A stretch of DNA of 5,577 nt, taken from positions 1-5,577 of the IMG/VR virus record IMGVR_UViG_2563366825_000014. The stretch is one strand, 5' to 3'. Made by a program: the position numbers and the translations under genes. Below the pieces are notes generated by a model. That model saw only the letters and a program-made list of their open reading frames with translations. It ran no database searches and was not told where the DNA came from. Origin of the DNA: a virus (taxonomy: Duplodnaviria > Heunggongvirae > Uroviricota > Caudoviricetes). Shown one piece after another: positions 1 to 5,577 of the stretch. Within the stretch, counting starts at the first letter, position 1. The number at the start of each line of letters is the position of its first letter.

Positions 1-745
1 GACCTGCGGGGCCGGTTTCTCCCCGAGGGCCTGCGGGACCTGCCGGACCTGTTGCGCCGGGTTCACCTTTATCCCCTTTCGGGCCGGTTTGCCCTGCCGG
101 ACCCTGTGGTCCGGGTGGTCCGGGTGGTCCGGCCTCTCCACGTGGGCCGGTGTCACCTTTCGGCCCCGGCGGTCCGCCCGGGTCACCTTTATCGCCCTTC
201 GGTCCCTGTGGACCTGTTTCTCCCCGTTCTCCCTTTGGCCCCGGCTCACCTTTTGGTCCGACCGCCCCCGTTGCCCCGGCTGGTCCCTGTGCCCCTGTGG
301 CACCCTGTGGACCTGTGTCCCCCTTCTCGCCCGCCGGTCCCCGGGCATTCTCTGCCCGTTTCTTCGCTTCCTCTGCACTCGCCGCCGACGCTTCAGCACG
401 CTTCAGGATTTCCGCTGCCACCGCTTCCAGCTCTGCAAGCGCTTTCGGGTAATACTGCGCCTCATCCTGTTCCATCAGAAATTTATTCAGCGTTCCCGGC
501 TCAGAATCCGCCTTCACCAGAATGTCACCCACATACGACGGGGCGCACCCTTCCGTGTTCAGCGTCACCCGGTACCACCCCGGCTCCACATCAAAACTGT
601 AACTGCCGGTTTCCCCCGGCTGCCCCTGCGCCACCGTGGTGACTATCACTGTCTCTGTGGTGCGTCGCGCTTTCAGCTCTATGGTGCATCCCGGCACCGG
701 CTTCCCGGTGCCGTCCTTCAGCACGCCCGATATTCTGACTGTCAT
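1..745 (-). CDS. stf: Side tail fibre protein, lambda Stf-like: N-terminal domain (~135 aa) followed by collagen-like Gly-X-Y repeat region; partial, 3' end beyond window start
   Basis: ATG at 745..743 preceded by GGGAGA Shine-Dalgarno (plus 751-756 is its complement). Hand translation of the minus strand gives [38 protein letters not shown]..., which matches from memory the lambda Stf N-terminus ([17 protein letters not shown]...). From codon ~136 (plus 340 downward) the frame reads [113 protein letters not shown] and stays open to position 2. It is absent from the ORF track only because no stop lies inside the window. Confidence 0.85.
   Translation of the reverse strand, partial: MTVRISGVLKDGTGKPVPGCTIELKARRTTETVIVTTVAQGQPGETGSYSFDVEPGWYRVTLNTEGCAPSYVGDILVKADSEPGTLNKFLMEQDEAQYYPKALAELEAVAAEILKRAEASAASAEEAKKRAENARGPAGEKGDTGPQGATGAQGPAGATGAVGPKGEPGPKGERGETGPQGPKGDKGDPGGPPGPKGDTGPRGEAGPPGPPGPQGPAGQTGPKGDKGEPGATGPAGPAGPRGETGPAG
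106..132. repeat. Perfect 3x tandem 9-bp repeat (GTGGTCCGG) inside the stf collagen-like region; encodes consecutive Gly-Pro-Pro / Gly-Pro-Gln triplets on the minus strand
   Basis: Positions 106-114, 115-123 and 124-132 are each gtggtccgg. The unit length is a multiple of 3, so slippage would add or remove whole G-X-Y triplets in frame. Confidence 0.8.
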
Positions 746-758
746 AGATTTCTCCCAT

Positions 759-792
759 AAAAAAAAGCCCGCAGCAGTGACGCCACGGGCTT
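759..792 (-). terminator. Rho-independent terminator-like hairpin plus U8 tract, immediately upstream of the stf ribosome-binding site
   Basis: Minus-strand RNA reads AGCCCG-(14-nt loop)-CGGGCU followed by UUUUUUUU (plus 759-766 is an A8 run; stem arms are plus 766-771 and 786-791). The loop is longer than in a textbook terminator. Confidence 0.45.
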
Positions 793-825
793 CAGGACAG
801 TGTAACTTTACGTTTCCTCAAACGC

Positions 826-849
826 AGTTCATCACATGAGGCGGATGAA
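826..849 (-). other. Perfect 7-bp stem / 10-nt loop hairpin (GTTCATC...GATGAAC) in the lom-stf intergenic region
   Basis: Plus 826-832 gttcatc and 843-849 gatgaac are exact reverse complements. Not followed by a U tract, so not a terminator by itself. Confidence 0.4.
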
Positions 850-856
850 CCTGCGA

Positions 857-865
857 ATTATAACA
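857..865 (-). promoter_or_regulatory. Candidate sigma70 extended -10 element (TGnTATAAT) reading toward stf
   Basis: Plus 857-865 attataaca is the reverse complement of TGTTATAAT, a perfect extended -10. No convincing -35 hexamer, which is permissible for extended -10 promoters. Lies 32 bp downstream of the lom stop. Confidence 0.3.
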
Positions 866-896
866 ATGTTTGCAGAAGATAAATCGTCATATACTC

Positions 897-957
897 TCAG
901 AATCGGTATCCGGTGCCGACAATAAACGCATCCGTACGCCAGTCACCACGTCCTGAG
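897..957 (-). pseudogene. lom: Orphaned 3' end of lom (last 17 codons plus stop), separated from the rest of the gene by the IS insertion
   Basis: Minus-strand translation of 950..897 gives RGDWRTDAFIVGTGYRF-stop, which matches the lambda Lom C-terminus as I recall it (SGDWRTDGFIVGVGYKF). It is in frame with the 5' lom segment once the IS and one copy of the 7-bp repeat are removed. Positions 951-957 are the left copy of the target duplication. Confidence 0.85.
951..957. repeat. Target-site duplication, left copy (TCCTGAG)
   Basis: Identical 7-mer directly abuts both IS termini (951-957 and 3539-3545). The lom reading frame is continuous across the reconstructed empty site. Confidence 0.8.
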
Positions 958-1072
958 TGCGTATTACCGTGAAGGAGATCGGTGAGTAACATCGATGGAG
1001 ATCGGTTCGTGTCACTTTCACAGAACCGTTTTTAAATTACCTTCACTGATCTCCTTCGGTCAACGGAGATTG
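958..1072. repeat. Right end of the IS (downstream of istB): terminal inverted repeat plus sub-terminal repeats
   Basis: GGAGATC at 974-980 and 997-1003, its complement GATCTCC at 1048-1054, and a partial copy GGAGAT at 1065-1070. The 17-bp core TAACATCGATGGAGATC sits at 986-1002. Confidence 0.7.
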
Positions 1073-1792
1073 TATTTTCCGCATTGATTCTCCTTTAAGT
1101 TCGATCTTGATACTGCCATGAACCAGTCGATCTAGGATGGCATCCGCATGTGTGGAGTCTCCGATCATTTTGTACCAGTTTTCCACCGGCAACTGGCTCA
1201 CTACGATGATTGAGCCTCGTTGGTACATCAGATCCACTATTTCCAGCAGGTCGCTACGCTGTTCTGATGAGAGAGGTTCCAGCCCCCAGTCATCCAGAAG
1301 CAGCAGATCGCTATTATTCAGCCTGGTCAAAAGTTTGCTGTATCTTCCATCAGCATGCCCCTGATAGCACTGTTCCATCAGCGCTTTAAGGCGATAATAG
1401 TAGACCTTGTATCCCTGTCGGCAGGCATTATGACCAAGTGCACATGCCAGGAACGTTTTACCGCTGCCGGTGGCCCCGGTCAGTAAAATATTTTGTTTCA
1501 GGGTTAACCAGTTTCCCTGACTGAGTGAACGGATGAGGGCCCTGTCCAGCCCTCTATTGTTACGATAATCCAGCTTTGATAACTCAGCATTAAGTCTGAA
1601 CCGTGCATGTTTGATCAGACGCTCTGCCTTCCTGTTTTCACGGCAGGTTAGTTCTTCTGCTGTCAGTAATGACAGGCGTTCTTCGAAGCCCAGCTCCTGG
1701 TATGTGCCCGGCTGAGCAAGTTGCTTTTTAAGCGCATCACGGAAGCCGGTGAGTTTAAGTGCGGTCAGTTGTTCGTAAAGATGATTCATCAT
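1043..1792 (-). CDS. istB: IS21-family helper ATPase IstB (249 aa)
   Basis: Walker A motif GATGSGKT (in LLTGATGSGKTFLACALG) and Walker B-like LLLLDDWG are visible in the translation. Start lies 11 nt downstream of the istA stop, the usual IS21 arrangement. Confidence 0.93.
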   Translation of the reverse strand: MMNHLYEQLTALKLTGFRDALKKQLAQPGTYQELGFEERLSLLTAEELTCRENRKAERLIKHARFRLNAELSKLDYRNNRGLDRALIRSLSQGNWLTLKQNILLTGATGSGKTFLACALGHNACRQGYKVYYYRLKALMEQCYQGHADGRYSKLLTRLNNSDLLLLDDWGLEPLSSEQRSDLLEIVDLMYQRGSIIVVSQLPVENWYKMIGDSTHADAILDRLVHGSIKIELKGESMRKIQSPLTEGDQ

Positions 1793-1803
1793 TGGATCCC
1801 GTA

Positions 1804-3345
1804 TCAGTGGTAATACTCACTGCCGCGTACGTTTTCGTGTTCCATCGTGGATAACAGATCTGGTTTTGGATCCTGAACAGGTTGTTTATCCAGACCTTTT
1901 TCCAGGATCGATTTAATACCTGACAGACGCCATACCTTTGTTTTCAGAGCTCTTGCACATGCTGCATTAAGTCTGGCTTTACTGTATTTTTTATGAAGGT
2001 TCAGGAGTCCAAGGCAGAAGCGATAGCTTTGTTCCGGATGTGGACGAGAGTTCAGTATATGAAGCACATAACTATGAGTTTCACTGCCTATGTGCCCCGC
2101 CCATTCCAGAAGACGCTCTGGCGTCCAGGTGGCATGCTGTCGATGAGCTTCAGGCATGTGCTCGTTGCGGGTACTGTAGCCATAAGTACGCTTGCGCGGG
2201 TGCACAGCAACCTCCTGCCCCTGATTGAAGAGTCTTACCAGTTCTCCGGAGATCCATGCTTCCAGTTGCTGGCCTAACAGCGAACATGGAACCGAGTAGT
2301 AATGTTTGTCGATTTCCACGTGGTAATCGGCATGAACTCTGACTTTCTTCACCAGGGTGTAACTGTAACTGGCTTCAGGAAGAGGCTTCAGTGCGGGTTT
2401 ATCAAGCTGGATGAAGAGTTCTGCACGTGAATAACCCAACTTCTGCATTATTTTGTTATTCAGTCTTTCCAGCAACTCCCGAATGCGCTGATTAAGCGAT
2501 GCAAGGCTGTAGAAGATCTCATGCCTGATTCGGGCCATGATCCAGCGTTCAACAACCTGAACGCCAACTTCAGCTTTGGCTTTATCTTTCGGTTTACGTG
2601 GCCGCGCAGGCAAAACTGCGACATTATAATGCTCAAGCATCTGCTGGTAGGTAGGGTTAACGTCAGGATCATACTTACATGCCCTGGATGTGGCGCTTTT
2701 CAGATTGTCCGGAACAACAAGTTCAGGAACGCCACCCAACCACTGGAAGCAGCGAACATGACTCATCACCCAGTCTTCAAGCTGCTGAGACCAGGTGGCC
2801 TCTGCCCATGTGTAACTTGATGCCCCGAGAACAGCTACGATGACCTGAGCAGTTCTTATTTCTCCGGTCTCAGGGTCGGTAACGCCAACGGTAGGTCCAC
2901 AGTAATCAACGAAAAGTTTTTCGCCAGCTTTATGTACCTGACGCATTGATGGTGAAGTGGTTTTGAGCCATTCACGGTACATCCGGCAGTAATGGTTATA
3001 GCTGTAAAAACCGCCTGGATTACGCTCACAGTATTCTTCCCAGAGTAGCTGCAGCGTCACGCATTTATTACGCAGTTCCCGGTGTACTGTAGCCCAGTCA
3101 GGCAGAGAGTGCTTCTTCATCTTAACCTGGGTCTGAAGGAACGCATGTTTTAGTTTTGTATCATCCCATCCTGTAGGTAAGGGCCACTGCTTTATGCCAA
3201 GTTGAGCCGCCCGATTAGCATATCTGGATACAACGGAAGGGGAGATTGCAAGACTACGACCAATTTGTCGATGGCTGAGTCCAACACCGTATTTAAGCCT
3301 AAGAATTTCTTTAAGTTTTCTCATAGAAATTGGAACTGTTGGCAT
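1804..3345 (-). CDS. istA: IS21-family transposase IstA (513 aa), DDE-type
   Basis: N-terminal helix-turn-helix-like segment (LSHRQIGRSLAISPSVVSRY). Candidate catalytic acidic residues in FVDYCG, VVPDNLKSA and KAEVG contexts. AGGA-like Shine-Dalgarno 6-8 nt upstream of the ATG at 3345. Size and position directly upstream of istB. Confidence 0.93.
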   Translation of the reverse strand: MPTVPISMRKLKEILRLKYGVGLSHRQIGRSLAISPSVVSRYANRAAQLGIKQWPLPTGWDDTKLKHAFLQTQVKMKKHSLPDWATVHRELRNKCVTLQLLWEEYCERNPGGFYSYNHYCRMYREWLKTTSPSMRQVHKAGEKLFVDYCGPTVGVTDPETGEIRTAQVIVAVLGASSYTWAEATWSQQLEDWVMSHVRCFQWLGGVPELVVPDNLKSATSRACKYDPDVNPTYQQMLEHYNVAVLPARPRKPKDKAKAEVGVQVVERWIMARIRHEIFYSLASLNQRIRELLERLNNKIMQKLGYSRAELFIQLDKPALKPLPEASYSYTLVKKVRVHADYHVEIDKHYYSVPCSLLGQQLEAWISGELVRLFNQGQEVAVHPRKRTYGYSTRNEHMPEAHRQHATWTPERLLEWAGHIGSETHSYVLHILNSRPHPEQSYRFCLGLLNLHKKYSKARLNAACARALKTKVWRLSGIKSILEKGLDKQPVQDPKPDLLSTMEHENVRGSEYYH

Positions 3346-3400
3346 AGGTATCCTTTACCGGAATGGCAAAAGATACAGATCAACACACCTGTGAAGTTCC

Positions 3401-3538
3401 AATAACATTGATGGAGATCACTGAATAACAAAATGAGTCAAAAGTGATCTCCATCGATGTTATTCAGCGATCTGTTCAAATGTTATTACCCGATCTCGAT
3501 GGAAGTTATTGAGTGATCTCCTTTCATGAAAATACGCA
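3401..3538. repeat. Left end of the IS (upstream of istA): terminal inverted repeat plus multiple sub-terminal repeats, including a 22-bp inverted pair
   Basis: 3401-3422 aataacattgatggagatcact and the reverse complement of 3443-3464 (aataacatcgatggagatcact) differ at one position. Further GATCTCC/GGAGATC copies at 3413-3419, 3446-3452 and 3515-3521, and a partial copy at 3491-3497. Confidence 0.75.
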
Positions 3539-4084
3539 TCCTGAGGCTTCATAAGCCAGGTCGACCACGATATTTTCTGTCGGGTTAATCTGCACGCCTG
3601 CACTGTATGTCAGTGCGGTATGGCTGCGGCGTCCGCTGTCCGAACGGGTCAGGTGCTCCTGCTTTTTACCCTCATCTGACGTGAGGGTCACATAATCACC
3701 GGCAAAAGACGACACCCGGGCATACGACACTCCGGCCAGCGCATAAGCGCTGAACCATTCATTCACGCGCACAGATGGCCCCGCCATCACGCTGAACCAG
3801 CGGTTACGCACAGAATCCTCATGCCAGCGGGTATCGTTGTAGTGCGTTTTTTGCTCACCTTCAGCATTGGCATAACTGAATGACGTAATCAGCCCCAGCG
3901 TGTCCGTAAATTCATAACGGTATTTCACGTTAATCCCGTTCAGATCATCACTACCGGTAGTGTTCGTCAGGGCATGAAGATACCCCGCACTCAGCGTGGC
4001 CTGCTGCTCAGACGCCCATGCAGGCGCACCGGATACGGCCAGACAGATGGCTGCGGACAAAATGGCTGCACAAACTTTACGCAT
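3524..4084 (-). pseudogene. lom: lom-type outer-membrane protein gene (Lom/Ail/PagC/OmpX family), 5' 182 codons intact, C-terminus replaced by 4 IS-encoded residues (CVFS) and a stop inside the IS terminus
   Basis: Translation MRKVCAAILSAAICLAVSGAPAWASEQQATLSAGYLHA... closely matches the lambda Lom signal peptide and mature sequence from memory. GAGAGG Shine-Dalgarno upstream of the ATG at 4084. Lom homology ends at 3539; codons 3536..3524 lie within the IS. Confidence 0.88.
3539..3545. repeat. Target-site duplication, right copy (TCCTGAG)
   Basis: See left copy at 951-957. Confidence 0.8.
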
Positions 4085-4106
4085 AATTACCTCTCGCTTT
4101 TCTGCA

Positions 4107-4133
4107 ATAAAAAAGGCACCATTTCTGGCGCCC
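4107..4133 (-). terminator. Rho-independent terminator between J and lom (tJ-like)
   Basis: Minus-strand RNA reads GGCGCC-AGAAAU-GGUGCC (6-bp stem with one G-U pair) followed by UUUUUUAUU. Lies 19 nt after the J stop codon. Confidence 0.5.
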
Positions 4134-4151
4134 GTATCTGGGTTATAAAAT

Positions 4152-5577
4152 TCAGCTAATCGTGATGCCTGCAGTGGCTTTCTTCATCACCACAACCAGC
4201 AAATCGCTGATACTTGCTGTGGGATACCAGTTATTTACCAGCCATGCTGACACCGAAAACTCCAGTGTCATGTGACCGTGACCGGCAGGCATATCAATAA
4301 CGCCACTGTAAATCAGCGTATTATCCAGCGCGGTACGGTTATAAATTTCAGCACCGTTTTTCCGCACTATCAGACGGCATGAGGAGTAAATATCAGTATG
4401 CTCTCTCTCATGCTTAGCGCCACTGAATGCCACCGCCGGAATAACAATCTGCCGGTCAAACGGCTGATCGTCATAAACCCTGACGGTAATGGTCCCTGAT
4501 GGCCACCGCTCCGGTGCACGGGAATCCCGGGGGAAAGCTTTGCCCACTGTTTTAACGAGATCGCCTTCAATCTGGTTCGCGGACAGTTTTCCCAGAACCC
4601 GACAGTTCTCGTTAATCGTGACGTTGTTGAGCGTCCCGGAATTCGCATTCACGTTACCGCTGATATCAGCATTTCTTGCGGTCAGCCTGCCCTCCGGCGT
4701 CAGGGAAAACGTCGGGGGATTGCCGGACGAGGTGATACTCACCGCAAACAGCCGCTTCAGGAACACATCGTTCATGAACAACTGATTCCCCTGCGCCACA
4801 AATAACGGCGTGGTGTTGCCGTCCTCCGGGTTAATCATCGCAATACGGTCAGCCAGCAGCAGTATGTTGCTCAGGGGCTGGCCATCAGTATCCTCAATCC
4901 CCGCTCCAATACCGGCAACATAGGGTATGCCATTTTTTGTTTTCTGTACCTTCAGCATGTAAAGTGCAGCAAGGTCATCATTTGTGTCCTTCTGCACGCG
5001 CTGTATCTGCTGTATGGTGGCGCTCTGGTCCTCCAGCGTTTTACTGACCGTCTGTGTGATTTCATTGCGGGTTTCTGTGATGGTGGTCTGCATTTCCGCC
5101 ATCTCGTCCTTCAGCTTGCTGTTGTCAATCTCTGCCCACAACGCCTCTGCCAGATGTGTTTTTCCTATCTTTTCCCGGAAAAACTCCAGATAGCCCGCAG
5201 CATCATTGCTCGCCCGTCCACTGGCTTCCACAAAAGCAGATTTACCCACCAAGTTGACGCTGCGCACATAAAACCAGAAATCCTTTCCGGGCTTAATGTG
5301 CGGACCGGAGACACTCCACTGACTGCCGGTCCCCAGATAACGGGCAGAGGTTTCCACCTGTGCGGCGTCTGCAATTTTTGCCTCCGAAAACCAGAACTCA
5401 AACTGCACCGTCGGGTCATAAATGGTCAGTTTCGGGACTGCCGTTATCTGAAAATACCCCGGCGTCAGTTCAACACCGGCAGGCGCTGCCGGTGCGTTAA
5501 TCCGGAACGTGGTGGTGGCGGGTTCGCCCTGCTGGCCATAGCTGTTAATCGCCCTGACCGTCAGGGTGTATTCCCCG
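4152..5577 (-). CDS. J: Central tail fibre / host-specificity protein, lambda gpJ-like, C-terminal ~475 codons; partial, 5' end beyond window end
   Basis: Frame is open from the window edge (5576) to the stop at 4152. The M at 5408 in the ORF track is an internal GTG, not the start. Translation contains ...[27 protein letters not shown]...YLGTG...[17 protein letters not shown]...VAGIG...[19 protein letters not shown]...[15 protein letters not shown]...DMPAG..., matching the lambda J C-terminal region as I recall it. Position upstream of lom matches lambda gene order. Confidence 0.88.
   Translation of the reverse strand, partial: GEYTLTVRAINSYGQQGEPATTTFRINAPAAPAGVELTPGYFQITAVPKLTIYDPTVQFEFWFSEAKIADAAQVETSARYLGTGSQWSVSGPHIKPGKDFWFYVRSVNLVGKSAFVEASGRASNDAAGYLEFFREKIGKTHLAEALWAEIDNSKLKDEMAEMQTTITETRNEITQTVSKTLEDQSATIQQIQRVQKDTNDDLAALYMLKVQKTKNGIPYVAGIGAGIEDTDGQPLSNILLLADRIAMINPEDGNTTPLFVAQGNQLFMNDVFLKRLFAVSITSSGNPPTFSLTPEGRLTARNADISGNVNANSGTLNNVTINENCRVLGKLSANQIEGDLVKTVGKAFPRDSRAPERWPSGTITVRVYDDQPFDRQIVIPAVAFSGAKHEREHTDIYSSCRLIVRKNGAEIYNRTALDNTLIYSGVIDMPAGHGHMTLEFSVSAWLVNNWYPTASISDLLVVVMKKATAGITIS

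Larger units (their letters stand above)
958..3538 (-). mobile_element. Complete IS21-family insertion sequence (2581 bp) carrying istA and istB, inserted into the 3' end of lom
   Basis: Termini 5'-TGCGTATT...AATACGCA-3' (TG...CA ends). Imperfect terminal inverted repeats of about 24 bp (958-982 versus the reverse complement of 3514-3538, roughly 20 of 24 identical with one indel). Two-gene istA/istB organisation with an 11-bp gap between them. Flanked by the 7-bp direct repeat TCCTGAG. Multiple internal copies of a GGAGATC-containing motif near both ends. Confidence 0.9.

Noticed and set aside
52-760. Three long overlapping plus-strand ORFs (52..642, 89..760, 150..452) with Pro/Gly/Ser-rich translations
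   Set aside because: They are antisense or shifted readings of the GC-rich collagen-like Gly-X-Y repeat of stf, which naturally lacks stop codons in several frames. The minus-strand frame has a proper start and Shine-Dalgarno and a recognisable Stf N-terminus.
636-839. Plus-strand 67-aa ORF spanning the stf start and the intergenic hairpins
   Set aside because: Overlaps the stf 5' end on the opposite strand and the terminator-like hairpin; no Shine-Dalgarno and no recognisable protein features.
1137-3405. Short ORFs inside the IS (1137..1364 +, 1993..2277 +, 2040..2228 +, 2521..2820 +, 3202..3405 +, 2460..2672 -)
   Set aside because: All lie antisense to or out of frame with istA or istB, which fully account for the coding capacity. 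The 3202..3405 ORF overlaps the istA start and promoter region.
958-3538. Possibility that the GGAGATC-containing repeats form a CRISPR array or similar repeat-spacer structure
   Set aside because: The repeats are short, occur in both orientations at irregular spacing, and sit exactly at the two ends of a transposase/ATPase gene pair; this is IS21-type terminal repeat architecture.
3974-4159. Plus-strand 61-aa ORF across the lom start and the J-lom intergenic region
   Set aside because: Antisense to lom and to the terminator; it is explained by the flanking minus-strand genes.
5406-5408. Apparent start codon of the 418-aa ORF in the supplied track
   Set aside because: It is an internal GTG codon; the frame is open upstream to the window edge and the upstream translation continues the gpJ-like sequence, so the gene is 5'-partial.
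4370-5419. Internal ORFs within J (4370..4648 -, 4489..4785 +, 4984..5193 +, 5165..5419 -)
   Set aside because: Alternative-frame or antisense ORFs inside a long coding region whose main frame gives a continuous gpJ-like translation.
1-5577. Looked for a novel defence or other undescribed multi-gene system
   Set aside because: Every base is accounted for by phage tail genes (J, lom, stf), their intergenic signals and one IS. No unexplained ORFs with credible starts remain; the only candidate novelty is the short intergenic transcript reported above.

Overview
This window is the distal tail region of a lambdoid (lambda-like) prophage, entirely encoded on the minus strand, interrupted by one complete IS21-family insertion sequence. 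I do not see a novel defence or other undescribed system here. Reading the minus strand from high to low coordinates: (1) the C-terminal ~475 codons of a lambda gpJ-like central tail fibre / host-specificity protein (4152..5577, 5' end off-window); (2) a tJ-like intrinsic terminator; (3) a lom-type (Lom/Ail/PagC/OmpX family) outer-membrane protein gene starting at 4084, split near its 3' end by the IS; (4) a 2581-bp IS21-family element (958..3538) with istA (513 aa, DDE transposase) and istB (249 aa, Walker A/B ATPase), imperfect terminal inverted repeats ending 5'-TG...CA-3', internal multi-copy GGAGATC-containing repeats, and a 7-bp direct repeat TCCTGAG on both sides; (5) the orphaned last 17 codons of lom (897..957); (6) a 150-bp intergenic region with a perfect extended -10 element, two hairpins and a U8 tract; (7) the N-terminal 248 codons of a lambda Stf-like side tail fibre (745..1, 3' end off-window) whose distal part is a collagen-like Gly-X-Y repeat. 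All plus-strand ORFs in the supplied track look like antisense or out-of-frame artefacts. Protein-family assignments rest on my recollection of lambda J, Lom and Stf and of IS21-family IstA/IstB motifs; no database search was run.
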